From NCBI GenBank assembly GCA_029259155.1, contig JAPDJI010000025.1, positions 1-64,000 on the forward strand: 64,000 bases of DNA, in the 5' to 3' direction. The position numbers were made by a program, and so were the translations under genes. Position 1 is the first letter of the stretch; each line of letters begins with the position of its first letter. This stretch comes from Candidatus Methanomethylicia archaeon. GTDB taxonomy: Archaea; Thermoproteota; Methanomethylicia; Nezhaarchaeales; B40-G2. The notes under the pieces are model-generated. The model was not told where the DNA came from. It saw only the letters and a list, made by a program, of their open reading frames with translations, and ran no database searches. Below are positions 8,618 to 18,377 of the stretch, piece after piece.

Positions 8618-9377
8618 CCTCACCTTTATAGATAATCTTAGCTACTGCTACGGCTAGGCAGTATAGTGCTATGATGGGTGCAGCCAGCATTATCATGGTA
8701 AAGCCGGAAACGTCAGGGGTGATTAAGGCCGATATTATGAAAATAGCTAGCACCGTCTCTCTCCAATGGGAGGTTAAAGCTTCAGGAGTTATTACGCCTA
8801 CCTTAACAAGTAGGGTTGTGATGACCGGGAAGGTAAAGGTAAGCCCTACAGCTAGCATCACTATGACGGTGAAGGAGAGGAAGTCGTCGACCGAGAAGAA
8901 GGGACTAGCACCTACCATATAGGCGAACCTTATTAGAAACTTGTAGGTCCAAGGTAGGAGAAGGAAGTAAGCGAAGAGCACACCCAGTACAAAGAGCCCT
9001 GTGAAGGAAGCCGTAAACCATGTTAAGTGCCTTTTTTCATGGGGATATAGGGCTGGGGCAACATACTTGTATATTTCATAGGATACCACGGGCGAAGCCA
9101 TGAGGAAACCTATGAGGAAGGACAGGTAAAAATAGGTCATGATGACGCCTGTCCAGGAACTGGCCATTAATACGACACCCTCTGGAAGTAGGTCTACTTC
9201 GATCTTCTGTATGAGATAGGAGACTAAAGTTTCATAGCTTGGGTTGATGCGTGCTGGGATTATTGATGCGATAGCCATCCCTATGACAATGGCTATAAGC
9301 GCTCTTCTAGCCCGTATGAGCAGCTCCTCTAGGTGTTCCTGGAACCTTTTCCCTTCTTCTAGCTCCTCATTACTCAT
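8583..9377 (-). CDS. tatC: Twin-arginine translocase subunit TatC
   Basis: EHLEEL..R, YVAPALYPHEK, ALITPD, multiple TM helices. Confidence 0.93.
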   Translation of the reverse strand: MSNEELEEGKRFQEHLEELLIRARRALIAIVIGMAIASIIPARINPSYETLVSYLIQKIEVDLLPEGVVLMASSWTGVIMTYFYLSFLIGFLMASPVVSYEIYKYVAPALYPHEKRHLTWFTASFTGLFVLGVLFAYFLLLPWTYKFLIRFAYMVGASPFFSVDDFLSFTVIVMLAVGLTFTFPVITTLLVKVGVITPEALTSHWRETVLAIFIISALITPDVSGFTMIMLAAPIIALYCLAVAVAKIIYKGEAKTAEKQPSQA

Positions 9378-9389
9378 AGTGAGCTATGC

Positions 9390-9698
9390 CTACTGCTTTT
9401 CCTTTTCCTTATTTAGAAGATCTATGATCTCTTTGACCAGTTCTTCTCTGCTTTTACCTTCGGTGGATATGTTTAGCGCTTTGGCCAGACGAGTTACCTT
9501 GTCCTCATCAGCTTCTTTTAGGATCTTCTCCTGCTCCTCCCTTGAAGCTTTCCTAAACTCTCTAACTGCTTCTCCCATCCCTCTTGCTAGTTCTGGTAGT
9601 TTCTTAGCTCCAAACAGTATTAGTATGATTAGAAATATGATTAACCATTCATAGCCTCCGAAAGTTGGGAGGAAGCCTAGATCTATGGTAAAGGTCAA
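9390..9698 (-). CDS. tatA: Twin-arginine translocase TatA/E
   Basis: TM helix followed by FGAKKLPELARGMGEAVREFRK. Confidence 0.92.
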   Translation of the reverse strand: MTFTIDLGFLPTFGGYEWLIIFLIILILFGAKKLPELARGMGEAVREFRKASREEQEKILKEADEDKVTRLAKALNISTEGKSREELVKEIIDLLNKEKEKQ

Positions 9699-9739
9699 TT
9701 AGCCCACCTTTGCCATGAAGCTACAAAACTCTCTCGCTT

Positions 9740-10033
9740 TTAGCTTTTCTCCCCTATTTTACGTCTAGCTTTTTCTATGATTGCCTTGGCAAGTTCTTCT
9801 CTACCCTTACCTTCGACCTCTACTCCTAGCTCTTTGGCTACTTTGGTAAGCAGCTCATCGTCCTTCCTGACCGTTTTTGTCTCAACTGGGATAGGGTTTG
9901 AAGCTTTCCTAAACTCTCTAACTGCTTCACCGAGGGTTCTGGCTATTTCAGGTATCTTCTTCGGCCCGAAGAGCAACAAAGCTATGAAAAACACTACTAT
10001 TATTTCAAGCCCTCCAAGCATAGCCAGGCCCAC
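9740..10033 (-). CDS. tatA: Twin-arginine translocase TatA/B (second copy)
   Basis: LLFGPKKIPEIARTLGEAVREFRK. Shares 31 identical nt with the other tatA. Confidence 0.9.
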   Translation of the reverse strand: MGLAMLGGLEIIVVFFIALLLFGPKKIPEIARTLGEAVREFRKASNPIPVETKTVRKDDELLTKVAKELGVEVEGKGREELAKAIIEKARRKIGEKS

Positions 10034-10109
10034 CTCAAGGATGCCACTAACCCATATAAAGGTGTGTCGGAGGTTAACTATGCCAACCTAAGTAGGGAAG
10101 GATGGGGAC

Positions 10110-10967
10110 ATGTATCTTAGCGAGCTCCTAGGAGAACGTCTAGGCGAGTTAGCTTCAGAGAGGCTTGAAGTTTTCGAGCATAGAATGCTGGAGGAGCTTC
10201 GAAAATTAACTCCGACCTCCTTTTACGACCCCTTGGTTTACGCTGTAAGGGGAGGTAAGAGAATTAGGCCGCTTATCCTTCTCTTTGCCTCGGAGATCTT
10301 AGGTCCTCCTCCCTTAGACCCTTACCCTGCAGCTATAGCCGTGGAGTTGTTACACTGTGAGTCGCTCATTCACGACGATATCATCGATAAGGAGACCTCG
10401 AGGAGAGGATTAGAACCCTTCTACCTAAAGTTTGGCCCTGTGCTTAGCATGCTGAGTGCAGACTTCGTGTTAGGTTTATCCCTCAACTTCCTTTCAAGGT
10501 ATAAGAGATCTCTCTTGATGAGGGCTATAGCTAACGAGTTATCTAGATCCGTGATGGAGATGTGCGAAGGCGAGCTTCTTGAAAATGAGCTTCTAAACAG
10601 CGGGAAAGCTGGGTGGAGGTACTACTTAAAGGTGGTCAGGTTGAAGACAGCCCCCCTTTTTAGGGCCTCGGCGAAATTAGGCGGCCTCATCGCTACTAAG
10701 GGTAGGCGGAGCGAAGTGGTTAAGGCTTTAACGAAGTATGGTTTACTCGTAGGCATAGCTTATCAATTAAGGGATGACGTGCTTGATGCTGAGAAGGGTG
10801 AAGATTTAGCGCTCCGTCTATCGTCTCTTGACAACGTAGAACGTATCCAGCGTCTATCTCGTAGCTTAGTAGAGAAGGCTAAGATGGAGCTGAGAAGGTT
10901 CAGCTCATCCCCTGCCAGGGAAGTATTGGAGAGAATAGCTGAAATTATGGTGGAGCGAGAGATCTAA
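10110..10967 (+). CDS. Polyprenyl diphosphate synthase
   Basis: GGKRIRP, LIHDDIID, KTAPLF, YQLRDDVLD. Confidence 0.9.
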   Translation: MYLSELLGERLGELASERLEVFEHRMLEELRKLTPTSFYDPLVYAVRGGKRIRPLILLFASEILGPPPLDPYPAAIAVELLHCESLIHDDIIDKETSRRGLEPFYLKFGPVLSMLSADFVLGLSLNFLSRYKRSLLMRAIANELSRSVMEMCEGELLENELLNSGKAGWRYYLKVVRLKTAPLFRASAKLGGLIATKGRRSEVVKALTKYGLLVGIAYQLRDDVLDAEKGEDLALRLSSLDNVERIQRLSRSLVEKAKMELRRFSSSPAREVLERIAEIMVEREI

Positions 10968-10980
10968 GCTTTCCATAGCT

Positions 10981-12411
10981 CTAATAAGTCTTAGCGAGCC
11001 TCACATAGTAGGAAGCGTTTTCACCGCATACTACACATTTGCCTTCAACCTTCTCGTCTAGGGGTGTTCCCAGCACCCTTCCTTGGACTTCGCTCTCTAG
11101 TTTAAGTCCGCAATCATCTGAACCACACCAAGCTACGTGGATGATCCCTTCCTGCTTAGCTACGAGCTCCTTTGCTTCCTCAAGCGTGTTCACGTAGATG
11201 AGGTGTTCTCTAAACTCCCTCCATGAACGTTCGCTTAGACTTCTTTCTATTTCCTTGAATAGCTCTTTAACCTTCACTTCCAACTCTTCCACAGGGTGCC
11301 TCGTCCTTTCTAAGGTATCCCTCCTCGAGAGAGTTACTGTTCCACCCTCTAGGTCTTTAGGTCCTATCTCAACCCTTACGGGAACCCCCTTTAGCTCCCA
11401 GAAGTAGAACTTTTCTCCAGGTGTCACGTCGTCTCTATCGTCAAGCTTCACTCGTACCCCTACTTCCTTTAGCGTTTCGTAGAGCTTCCTTGAAGCTTCA
11501 TAGACTTCCCGTTCTTTGCCTTTATAAGGGATGGGAACTATAACCACCTGTATAGGAGCTACTTTAGGTGGTAGCAGAAGGCCGTGGTCGTCTCCATGGA
11601 TGGAGATCAACGCAGCTATCACTCTTTCAGATACACCGTAGCTGGTGGTGTAGACGTAGTCTCTACTTCCATCGGGTTTAAGGAACTCCACCTCGAAAGG
11701 CTTTGAGAAGTTTTGTCCTAGATTATGCACAGTCCCTATTTGAAGGGTCCTTCCCTCAGGCATGAGGGTGTCGAAAGAGATGGTGTATACTGCTCCAGCG
11801 AACTTATCCCATACAGGCCTCTTCGAAATGACGTAGGGGATGCTCAACTCGTCGAAAAACTTCCTATAGATCTCGATAGCCTCCTTTACCTGACGCTCTG
11901 CATCCTCGTACGTGGCGTGAGCTGTATGGGCCTCCTTAAACATGGTTACCTCGCGTACTCTTATCATGGGGTGGGTGGCCTTAGTCTCGTACCTAAAAAC
12001 GCTTACGACCTGGTACACTTTCTTGGGTAGGTCTGTGTGAGACTGTATCCAGAGCTTAAACATGGGCATGATCACAGTCTCGCTGGTTGGCCTAAGCGCC
12101 AGCTTTTCTTCGAGCTCCGTTTCTCCTCCTTTAGTGACCCAGAATACCTCCTTCTCAAAGCTCCTTATGTGCTCTCCTTCCTTGGCTAAGAGGCTTTGAG
12201 GGATGAGCAAGGGGAAAAGACACTCTTCATGTCCCGTCGCGTCTAGGAGGGACTTTATGATGTTTAATACGTTGTTCCTTAGCTTAAAACCGTAGCCTGG
12301 CCATACACCGCAGCCCTTAACTAATACTCGGTAGTCGTAGACCTCAGCCATCAAAGTGACGTCCCTAAACCACCTGGTGTAGTCGGTTCGCTTACGTTGG
12401 GCTTTAAGCAT
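10981..12411 (-). CDS. proS: Proline--tRNA ligase (archaeal/eukaryal type)
   Basis: ALRPTSE, FRYETK..PMIRVRE, KFAGA, GVSERVI and the C-terminal Zn-binding domain ending AKTY. Confidence 0.97.
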   Translation of the reverse strand: MLKAQRKRTDYTRWFRDVTLMAEVYDYRVLVKGCGVWPGYGFKLRNNVLNIIKSLLDATGHEECLFPLLIPQSLLAKEGEHIRSFEKEVFWVTKGGETELEEKLALRPTSETVIMPMFKLWIQSHTDLPKKVYQVVSVFRYETKATHPMIRVREVTMFKEAHTAHATYEDAERQVKEAIEIYRKFFDELSIPYVISKRPVWDKFAGAVYTISFDTLMPEGRTLQIGTVHNLGQNFSKPFEVEFLKPDGSRDYVYTTSYGVSERVIAALISIHGDDHGLLLPPKVAPIQVVIVPIPYKGKEREVYEASRKLYETLKEVGVRVKLDDRDDVTPGEKFYFWELKGVPVRVEIGPKDLEGGTVTLSRRDTLERTRHPVEELEVKVKELFKEIERSLSERSWREFREHLIYVNTLEEAKELVAKQEGIIHVAWCGSDDCGLKLESEVQGRVLGTPLDEKVEGKCVVCGENASYYVRLAKTY

Positions 12412-12468
12412 GGCCTGTCCCCATGCTTAAAGTAGGAGGACAATTTAGATTTAACGGGGCCATGCGCC

Positions 12469-14235
12469 TTGCTTGAGGAGGCACTTAAGGCTTCTCTAGG
12501 CCTCGAGAAAGCTGACCTAATAATCGAAGACTGTAAGCTAGTAAATGTAGCCACGGGCGAGATTTATGAAGCCTCGATAGCCATAAAAGGCGAGGTAGTG
12601 GTGGGCGTAGGAGACGTTAAGGAGCTTGAGGGAAATAACACAGAGGTTATAGAAGCTCATGGCTTATATGCGGCTCCTGGCTTTATAGACGGTCATGTAC
12701 ATGTAGAGAGCTCTCACTTAACCTTGACAGGCTTTGCCGAGGCCGTACTACCTCACGGAACCACCTCTGCTGTAATAGATCCTCACGAGATGGCTAACGT
12801 CCTAGGCGTTGAAGGTGTACAAGCGATGATAAATGAGGCTCGACAGCTCCTCTTTAAGGCTTACTTCATGACCCCTAGCTGTGTGCCTTCTGCGCCTGGC
12901 CTAGAAACTTCAGGCGCGGAGCTAGGGCTTAGGGAGGTGGGACATCTTTTAGACCATGAAGAGGTTTTAGGCTTAGCTGAAGTCATGAACTATCCAGGTG
13001 TCTTAACAAGGGATAGGGGAGTACTAGGGAAGATTGAGCTAGCTATTAGCAAAGGCAAGCTCGTGGACGGACACTGCCCTGGCTTACGTGGAAGAAAGCT
13101 CTCTGCCTACATAGTGGCTGGGCCTAGGTCTGACCATGAATCTCTCGATGGTGAAGAAGCGGTGGAGAAGCTTAGGCAGGGGATGTGGGTGATGGTGAGG
13201 GAAGGCTCAAGCTCCAAGAACCTTGAACCTATTCTACGGGAAATACTTAGGCAAGGCCTAGATCTACGAAGGATTATGATAGTGACTGACGACGTAGAGC
13301 CGAGAGACCTTATCCAAGGACACTTAGACGTGGTGTTGAGGAAGGCAGTGAAGCTTGGTTTAGAGCCTCTTGAAGCTATTAGGATGGTCACTCTAAACCC
13401 GTCTACCTACTTTGCTTTAGAAAGGCAGGCAGGCCTAGTAGCTCCAGGCTGGAAGGCTGACGTGGTGCTGATAGAGGACTTGGAGAAGGTAAAAGTGCGC
13501 TACACCATAGTTAACGGCGTGACTGTAGCCGCAAATAGTAAGATGCAGGTCAAGCTTGGTGGGTATAGATATCCTGAAAGCTTCCATGTAACAGTGAAGC
13601 TTCCTCCACTCCTTGATCCTCATATCTTCGCTGTCAAGGCGCCTATAAGTAAAGGTGTCGCGATTGTTAGGGTAATGGTCGTGAAAGACGGTAGTTTAGT
13701 CACAGAGGCTTCGACAACTACATTAGAAGTGAAGGAGGGCCTTGTAAAACCTGACCCTTATCGTGATGTTTTACAAGCAGCGGTAGTGGAGAGACATGGA
13801 AAATCGGGTAGAGTTGGTCTAGGCTTCGTGTCAGGATTTAGTTTGAAGAAGGGTGCTATAGCCTCCTCTTATGCTCACGACTCACACAACATAGTAGTGG
13901 TGGGTGCTTCATGGACCGACATGGCTCTTGCTGTGAACAAGGTCGTGGATATGCAGGGAGGTTATGCTGTTGCGGTTGATGGGAGGGTCGAGGCTGAGGT
14001 CAAGTTGGAGGTGGCTGGTTTGATGAGTTATGATGCACCTTTAAAAGTGGCTGAAGCCTTTTCAAGAGTACAGGAAGCCCTAGAACGTTTAGGCTGTAGG
14101 TTGACTTCACCTCTTCAAACCCTTTCGTTCATATCTTTACCAGTCATCCCTAAGCTGAAGTTGACCGATAGGGGGCTAGTGGACGTGGAGTCTTTCTCGT
14201 TAATTGATCCGCTGGTAAGTGTAGAAGTTAACTAA
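12469..14235 (+). CDS. ade: Adenine deaminase
   Basis: PGFIDGHVHVESS, DPHEMANV, EVMNYPG, DGHCPG, SDHE, AHDSHN. Confidence 0.95.
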   Translation: MLEEALKASLGLEKADLIIEDCKLVNVATGEIYEASIAIKGEVVVGVGDVKELEGNNTEVIEAHGLYAAPGFIDGHVHVESSHLTLTGFAEAVLPHGTTSAVIDPHEMANVLGVEGVQAMINEARQLLFKAYFMTPSCVPSAPGLETSGAELGLREVGHLLDHEEVLGLAEVMNYPGVLTRDRGVLGKIELAISKGKLVDGHCPGLRGRKLSAYIVAGPRSDHESLDGEEAVEKLRQGMWVMVREGSSSKNLEPILREILRQGLDLRRIMIVTDDVEPRDLIQGHLDVVLRKAVKLGLEPLEAIRMVTLNPSTYFALERQAGLVAPGWKADVVLIEDLEKVKVRYTIVNGVTVAANSKMQVKLGGYRYPESFHVTVKLPPLLDPHIFAVKAPISKGVAIVRVMVVKDGSLVTEASTTTLEVKEGLVKPDPYRDVLQAAVVERHGKSGRVGLGFVSGFSLKKGAIASSYAHDSHNIVVVGASWTDMALAVNKVVDMQGGYAVAVDGRVEAEVKLEVAGLMSYDAPLKVAEAFSRVQEALERLGCRLTSPLQTLSFISLPVIPKLKLTDRGLVDVESFSLIDPLVSVEVN

Positions 14236-14318
14236 ACCTCACCATGGAAAATTCGCGATGAACGAGCATTAGCTCCCATAGTTTCACTTTGGTTTATCTC
14301 AGAAAAAGATGTTGTAAG

Positions 14319-15128
14319 CTATCCTTCATTCTTGGTAGCCTTCAATGCTTGTTTTCTCTTTGTTTTAAAGGCTACTAGCCCTCCAACAACAGCCAACCCT
14401 GCAGCTAAGAGAAGCCCTCCGCTTGACTTCGACATTTCGCTTGTTTCATGGATAACCGATGCAACTTCAGAAACTTCTCGGACTGCTTCAACCTCTGCGT
14501 ATGACCTTTTCTCAACGTTAGGTAGACCTAATTGCTCCGGTGGGGCCGTTAACACCATTATAACACAGGTCCCACCAGCTTCCTCGAGCCCATATAGGTA
14601 GCCGCCTATCTCATTTGCTCTCGCCTGTGCTGTGCGAACGATTTCTTCTCTTTCCCCGAACATTAAAGCTCCTGTTGGACATGTATGGACGCATGCAGGC
14701 TCATAGCCTACAGACTGTCTATCAATACACATAGTGCATTTCCGCGTACCAACTCCTCGCTCAAACTTTGGTACGTGGAAAGGACATACATTAACACACA
14801 TTAAACATCCTACACACCGCTCAGAATGTGTCACTACTGCTCCTGTTTCGGGATCTCTCTCTATTGCCCTAACAGGGCAGATTGCAACACATACAGGATC
14901 TAGGCAATGCATACACCGAAATGACACGAAGTGAAGTTTGAAGCTTTCGTCTCCCTCGATACCCACGTATTTAATGACATTCCATGTACTCGCAGTGAGT
15001 TCCTGCGTGTTCTTGTAGTCTGAGCCTTCAGTATACTCGGCCTCGAGCTCATTCCATCTCTTACACGCAACCTGACAAGCTCTGCAACCTATACACTTTG
15101 AGGCATCATACAGGATTGCATTAACCAA
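14319..15128 (-). CDS. 4x[4Fe-4S] electron-transfer subunit (PsrB/FdnH-like) with C-terminal membrane anchor
   Basis: CIGCRACQVAC, CMHC..P.C...CP, CVGCLMC...CP, KCTMC...PACV..CPTGA and a hydrophobic C-tail. Confidence 0.88.
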   Translation of the reverse strand: MVNAILYDASKCIGCRACQVACKRWNELEAEYTEGSDYKNTQELTASTWNVIKYVGIEGDESFKLHFVSFRCMHCLDPVCVAICPVRAIERDPETGAVVTHSERCVGCLMCVNVCPFHVPKFERGVGTRKCTMCIDRQSVGYEPACVHTCPTGALMFGEREEIVRTAQARANEIGGYLYGLEEAGGTCVIMVLTAPPEQLGLPNVEKRSYAEVEAVREVSEVASVIHETSEMSKSSGGLLLAAGLAVVGGLVAFKTKRKQALKATKNEG

Positions 15129-15269
15129 GCTCTTTTAACCCCCAAGGGGTTACATCGGACCCCCTTTACTTGACTCGGTATTTAAGATTTATGCTGGTCT
15201 AGTTCTAAGACCATCAAGCTTCATAAAAGCTTAAATATCCTTAACTTACGCTGAGCCAACAGAGCTGCA

Positions 15270-17522
15270 ATGTCGCTCCGATTGAGTAGGCGTAACTTTT
15301 TGAAGCTTGCGGCGTCTGGTCTGCTATTGGGCTTAGCTCCTAAGGCTCTAGAGCCCATCAGTGCAGAGGCAGGAAACTACTACTATGAAAAGATGTTCAG
15401 TTCCTCTCTTCGTTACGGAGTCTGCGGTATCTGTGGCTCTTCGTGTGCCTTAAAGGCGTATGTTGAAGGGGACTATTTCATAAGGGATTTAGAGGGTAAC
15501 CCTGATGACTTGCAGAGCCAAGGCAAGCTTTGTGCTAAGGGAAATGCAGGCATCCAGTATGCTTATGACCCTGATAGGCTCAAGTACCCCATGAAGAGAA
15601 CAAACCCAGAGAAAGGCATAGATGTTGATCCTGGCTGGGTGAGAATAACCTGGGATGAGGCGCTAGACCTCATAGCCAATAAATTCAACGAGATTAAAGA
15701 AACCTATGGTGGGCAAGCTATAATATTCATGGCGCATCCCGGCGAAAGCATGGCCTGGATGATGAGATTAGCACGTGCAGTAGGAAGCCCTAACTACATT
15801 AATCACCTGGATACCTGTGTTATCACGAACGTCTTAGTCAGGAAGTATACGATGTTCATTCCCACTTTCTGCTGCGACCTGGAAAACTCACGGTATATCT
15901 TATGCTTTGGTTGGGATCAGCCAGCTAAAGGGAAGATAGTCTATTCTCATCGTTTCATAAGGGCAAAGGATGAAGGAGCTAAAGTGGTGGTTCTTAACCC
16001 AATGTATACACCAACGACCTCTAAAGCTGATGAATGGATCTCTATCAAGCCAGGCACAGACCTCGCCTTTGCCTTGGCCATGATCAACGTGATAATAAAC
16101 GATAACCTATACGACGAGGAATACGTAACTTCCTACACGAACTTCCCAGCTTACGAAAATGAGATAAGGTCATGGGTGGCCCAATACACGCCAGAGTGGG
16201 CTGAGTCCATAACCGAGGTACCTGCAGAGACCATTAGGAGAATAGCCACTGAGTTTGCTACTACTAAGCCGTCGGTAGCTTTAACCCATAAGAGGGACCC
16301 CGCAGGTCCTTCCTACACTAATAGTTGGCGCCTCTCCCATGCTATAGTAATACTAAATGCTCTTGTGGGAAGTATTGATAACACCGGAGGGATAGTTTAC
16401 CCGAGAACCTTCCCGGTGCGCAACGTAAATCAGCTCTATCAACCTCCACCTACTCCTACAGTGACCGAAAAGATAGACGGCAAGGATAAACTCCCTCTAC
16501 TCAATCCCCTTAACCATGGAATATTCTCTACTCTTGCTAATGGGATCCTAAACGATCAGCCATACCCAGTGAAAGCTGCATTGATAAGAGGATACAACGT
16601 CCTCTCCTTCCCGAACCCTAATAAGATCATCGAAGCCTTCAAGAAGCTCGAATTCATCGCAGTGATAGACATAATACCTAGCGAGATGGCCATGCTGGCT
16701 GACGTCGTATTGCCTGAGGCCACTTATTGGGAGGTTAAAGGAATCTCGTCGCGCACGTATAATGGTCTTCACCCTCAGCTTGCCATCCGGGAACAGGTTA
16801 TAAAGCCTATGTATGAGGTCAGGAGCCTTGGCTGGATATGCATTGAACTAGGCAAGAGACTAGCACCAGAGTATTTCGACTTTACACCTGATGAGCTATT
16901 GAATGAGCAAGTTAGGGGGACAGGGTTAGCTAACTCCTTTGAAGAGCTCGTCCAAAAAGCGACCAACGGACTCGTTAGTAGCGGTGAGTTCGTACCTCTC
17001 GAAAAGCTTCAAGCACTTACAAGCGGAGGACTAAAGATACAGATATACTGTGAAAACTTTGCTGCCCATGGTTACGACCCTCTACCGTCCTGGGAACCTA
17101 AGCGGGAGACCCCAACATTAGAGTACCCCTACTACCTGCTGGTAACTCGCCCAGCAGTCCATAGGCATGGTAAGACTACGAACATACCATGGTTACATGA
17201 AATTTGCCCGGAGAACCATGTATTAATACATCCCGATGAGGCAGCCAGGTTAGGGATAGAGGATGATGAGTGGGTCTACGTGGAATCGAGGTACGGCAGG
17301 ATTAAGCTCAAAGCACTACGTTACGCAGGTATCAGGCGTGACTGTGTATGTGTAGCTCATGGTTTTGGCCACTGGTCTAGACAGCTCAGCTTAGCTTATG
17401 GATGGGGCGCTAATGACGGAGACCTAATCCCCGACCAGACCATAGACGAACTGTTGGCCAGGAAGGATCCAACAGGCGCTGCACCTATGAGTGATGTCTG
17501 CGTCAAAGTGTACAGAGCATAA
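15270..17522 (+). CDS. Tat-exported DMSO-reductase-family molybdopterin oxidoreductase (PsrA/PhsA/SreA-like)
   Basis: SRRNFLK Tat motif, CGICGSSC...C [4Fe-4S], RLKYPMKR, likely Cys Mo ligand in HLDTC, ADVVLPE, C-terminal bis-MGD-binding domain. Confidence 0.88.
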   Translation: MSLRLSRRNFLKLAASGLLLGLAPKALEPISAEAGNYYYEKMFSSSLRYGVCGICGSSCALKAYVEGDYFIRDLEGNPDDLQSQGKLCAKGNAGIQYAYDPDRLKYPMKRTNPEKGIDVDPGWVRITWDEALDLIANKFNEIKETYGGQAIIFMAHPGESMAWMMRLARAVGSPNYINHLDTCVITNVLVRKYTMFIPTFCCDLENSRYILCFGWDQPAKGKIVYSHRFIRAKDEGAKVVVLNPMYTPTTSKADEWISIKPGTDLAFALAMINVIINDNLYDEEYVTSYTNFPAYENEIRSWVAQYTPEWAESITEVPAETIRRIATEFATTKPSVALTHKRDPAGPSYTNSWRLSHAIVILNALVGSIDNTGGIVYPRTFPVRNVNQLYQPPPTPTVTEKIDGKDKLPLLNPLNHGIFSTLANGILNDQPYPVKAALIRGYNVLSFPNPNKIIEAFKKLEFIAVIDIIPSEMAMLADVVLPEATYWEVKGISSRTYNGLHPQLAIREQVIKPMYEVRSLGWICIELGKRLAPEYFDFTPDELLNEQVRGTGLANSFEELVQKATNGLVSSGEFVPLEKLQALTSGGLKIQIYCENFAAHGYDPLPSWEPKRETPTLEYPYYLLVTRPAVHRHGKTTNIPWLHEICPENHVLIHPDEAARLGIEDDEWVYVESRYGRIKLKALRYAGIRRDCVCVAHGFGHWSRQLSLAYGWGANDGDLIPDQTIDELLARKDPTGAAPMSDVCVKVYRA

Positions 17523-17541
17523 AGGAGCTTGCATATTTTCT

Positions 17542-18204
17542 ATGATAAACTTAAAACATTTTTTGGCAGCACGCGCAAACCTTTACGCAATTCTTGCTCT
17601 ATGTTTTCATTATCCTGATGTAAACTTTACAAGGGCTTTGGTTAAAGGAGAAGTAATCAAAGTTCTCGAAGAGTCTGTAGATAGTCTCGGTGAAGATTAT
17701 TCCTCTCTGAAGGATGGGATAAACCTCGTCAAGAACTATATAAAGAAGTACAAGGACAAGGATATTGAGGAAGTCTGGAAAGCCCTAGCTGTTGAATATA
17801 CTAGAATTTTTATTGACTCGAAACATGTTCCTTGTCCTCCATACGAATCGTTCTACGTGAACGGCGGCTATGTGATGCAGCAGTCGACGAAGGAGGTTCT
17901 TAGGTCTTACCTGAGCTCTGGCTTTAAGTTATCAGACAACTTTAAGGACCTGCCAGATCACATCGCTGTTGAGCTAGAGTTTGTCTCTCTTTCAATCCGC
18001 AAATGCCTCGAGTTGCCGGAAACATCAACGATAAAGGAACTTGAAGACTGCGTAGAGAATGCTAGAACTTTTATAAAAGAACACCTTGCTAGATGGGTCT
18101 CTTCATTTTACAAGAGGGTCCATGAATTTAGTAGATGCGACTTTTTCAAGGGAGCAGCTCTTCTACTAAAAGAGTTTATCTCCATAGAATCACGTTTACT
18201 TTAG
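17542..18204 (+). CDS. TorD/DmsD-family redox enzyme maturation chaperone
   Basis: EYTRIF, PPYESFY, LPDHIAVELEF, EHL.RW. ATG 17542 preferred as start. Confidence 0.9.
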   Translation: MINLKHFLAARANLYAILALCFHYPDVNFTRALVKGEVIKVLEESVDSLGEDYSSLKDGINLVKNYIKKYKDKDIEEVWKALAVEYTRIFIDSKHVPCPPYESFYVNGGYVMQQSTKEVLRSYLSSGFKLSDNFKDLPDHIAVELEFVSLSIRKCLELPETSTIKELEDCVENARTFIKEHLARWVSSFYKRVHEFSRCDFFKGAALLLKEFISIESRLL

Positions 18205-18330
18205 GTGATCTATGGATCACTTCATTGATCATTAATTTCTACAGTTATAGATGACGGGTACGACATAGCGCCCTTCGTCATGGACCTTAACCAGTCATCA
18301 ACATGAACCTCCAATTCTCCTTCGTTTTTG

Positions 18331-18347
18331 CGAAACGCTTATTAAAG
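18331..18347 (+). promoter_or_regulatory. BRE/TATA promoter of the hydrogenase operon
   Basis: CGAAACGCTTATTAAAG ~30 nt before the ATG at 18378. 16/17 identical to 21575-21591. Confidence 0.65.
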
Positions 18348-18377
18348 TAGGTATTGGCCCTAGTAAAACGATCGAAC

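Noticed and set aside
18205-18305. Short inverted repeats (GTGATC/GATCAC, ATGACG/CGTCAT) and a TTGATGA box in the torD-hydrogenase gap as an ncRNA
   Set aside because: No complete C/D layout or recognisable riboswitch. Could be terminator or operator sequence, but support is insufficient.
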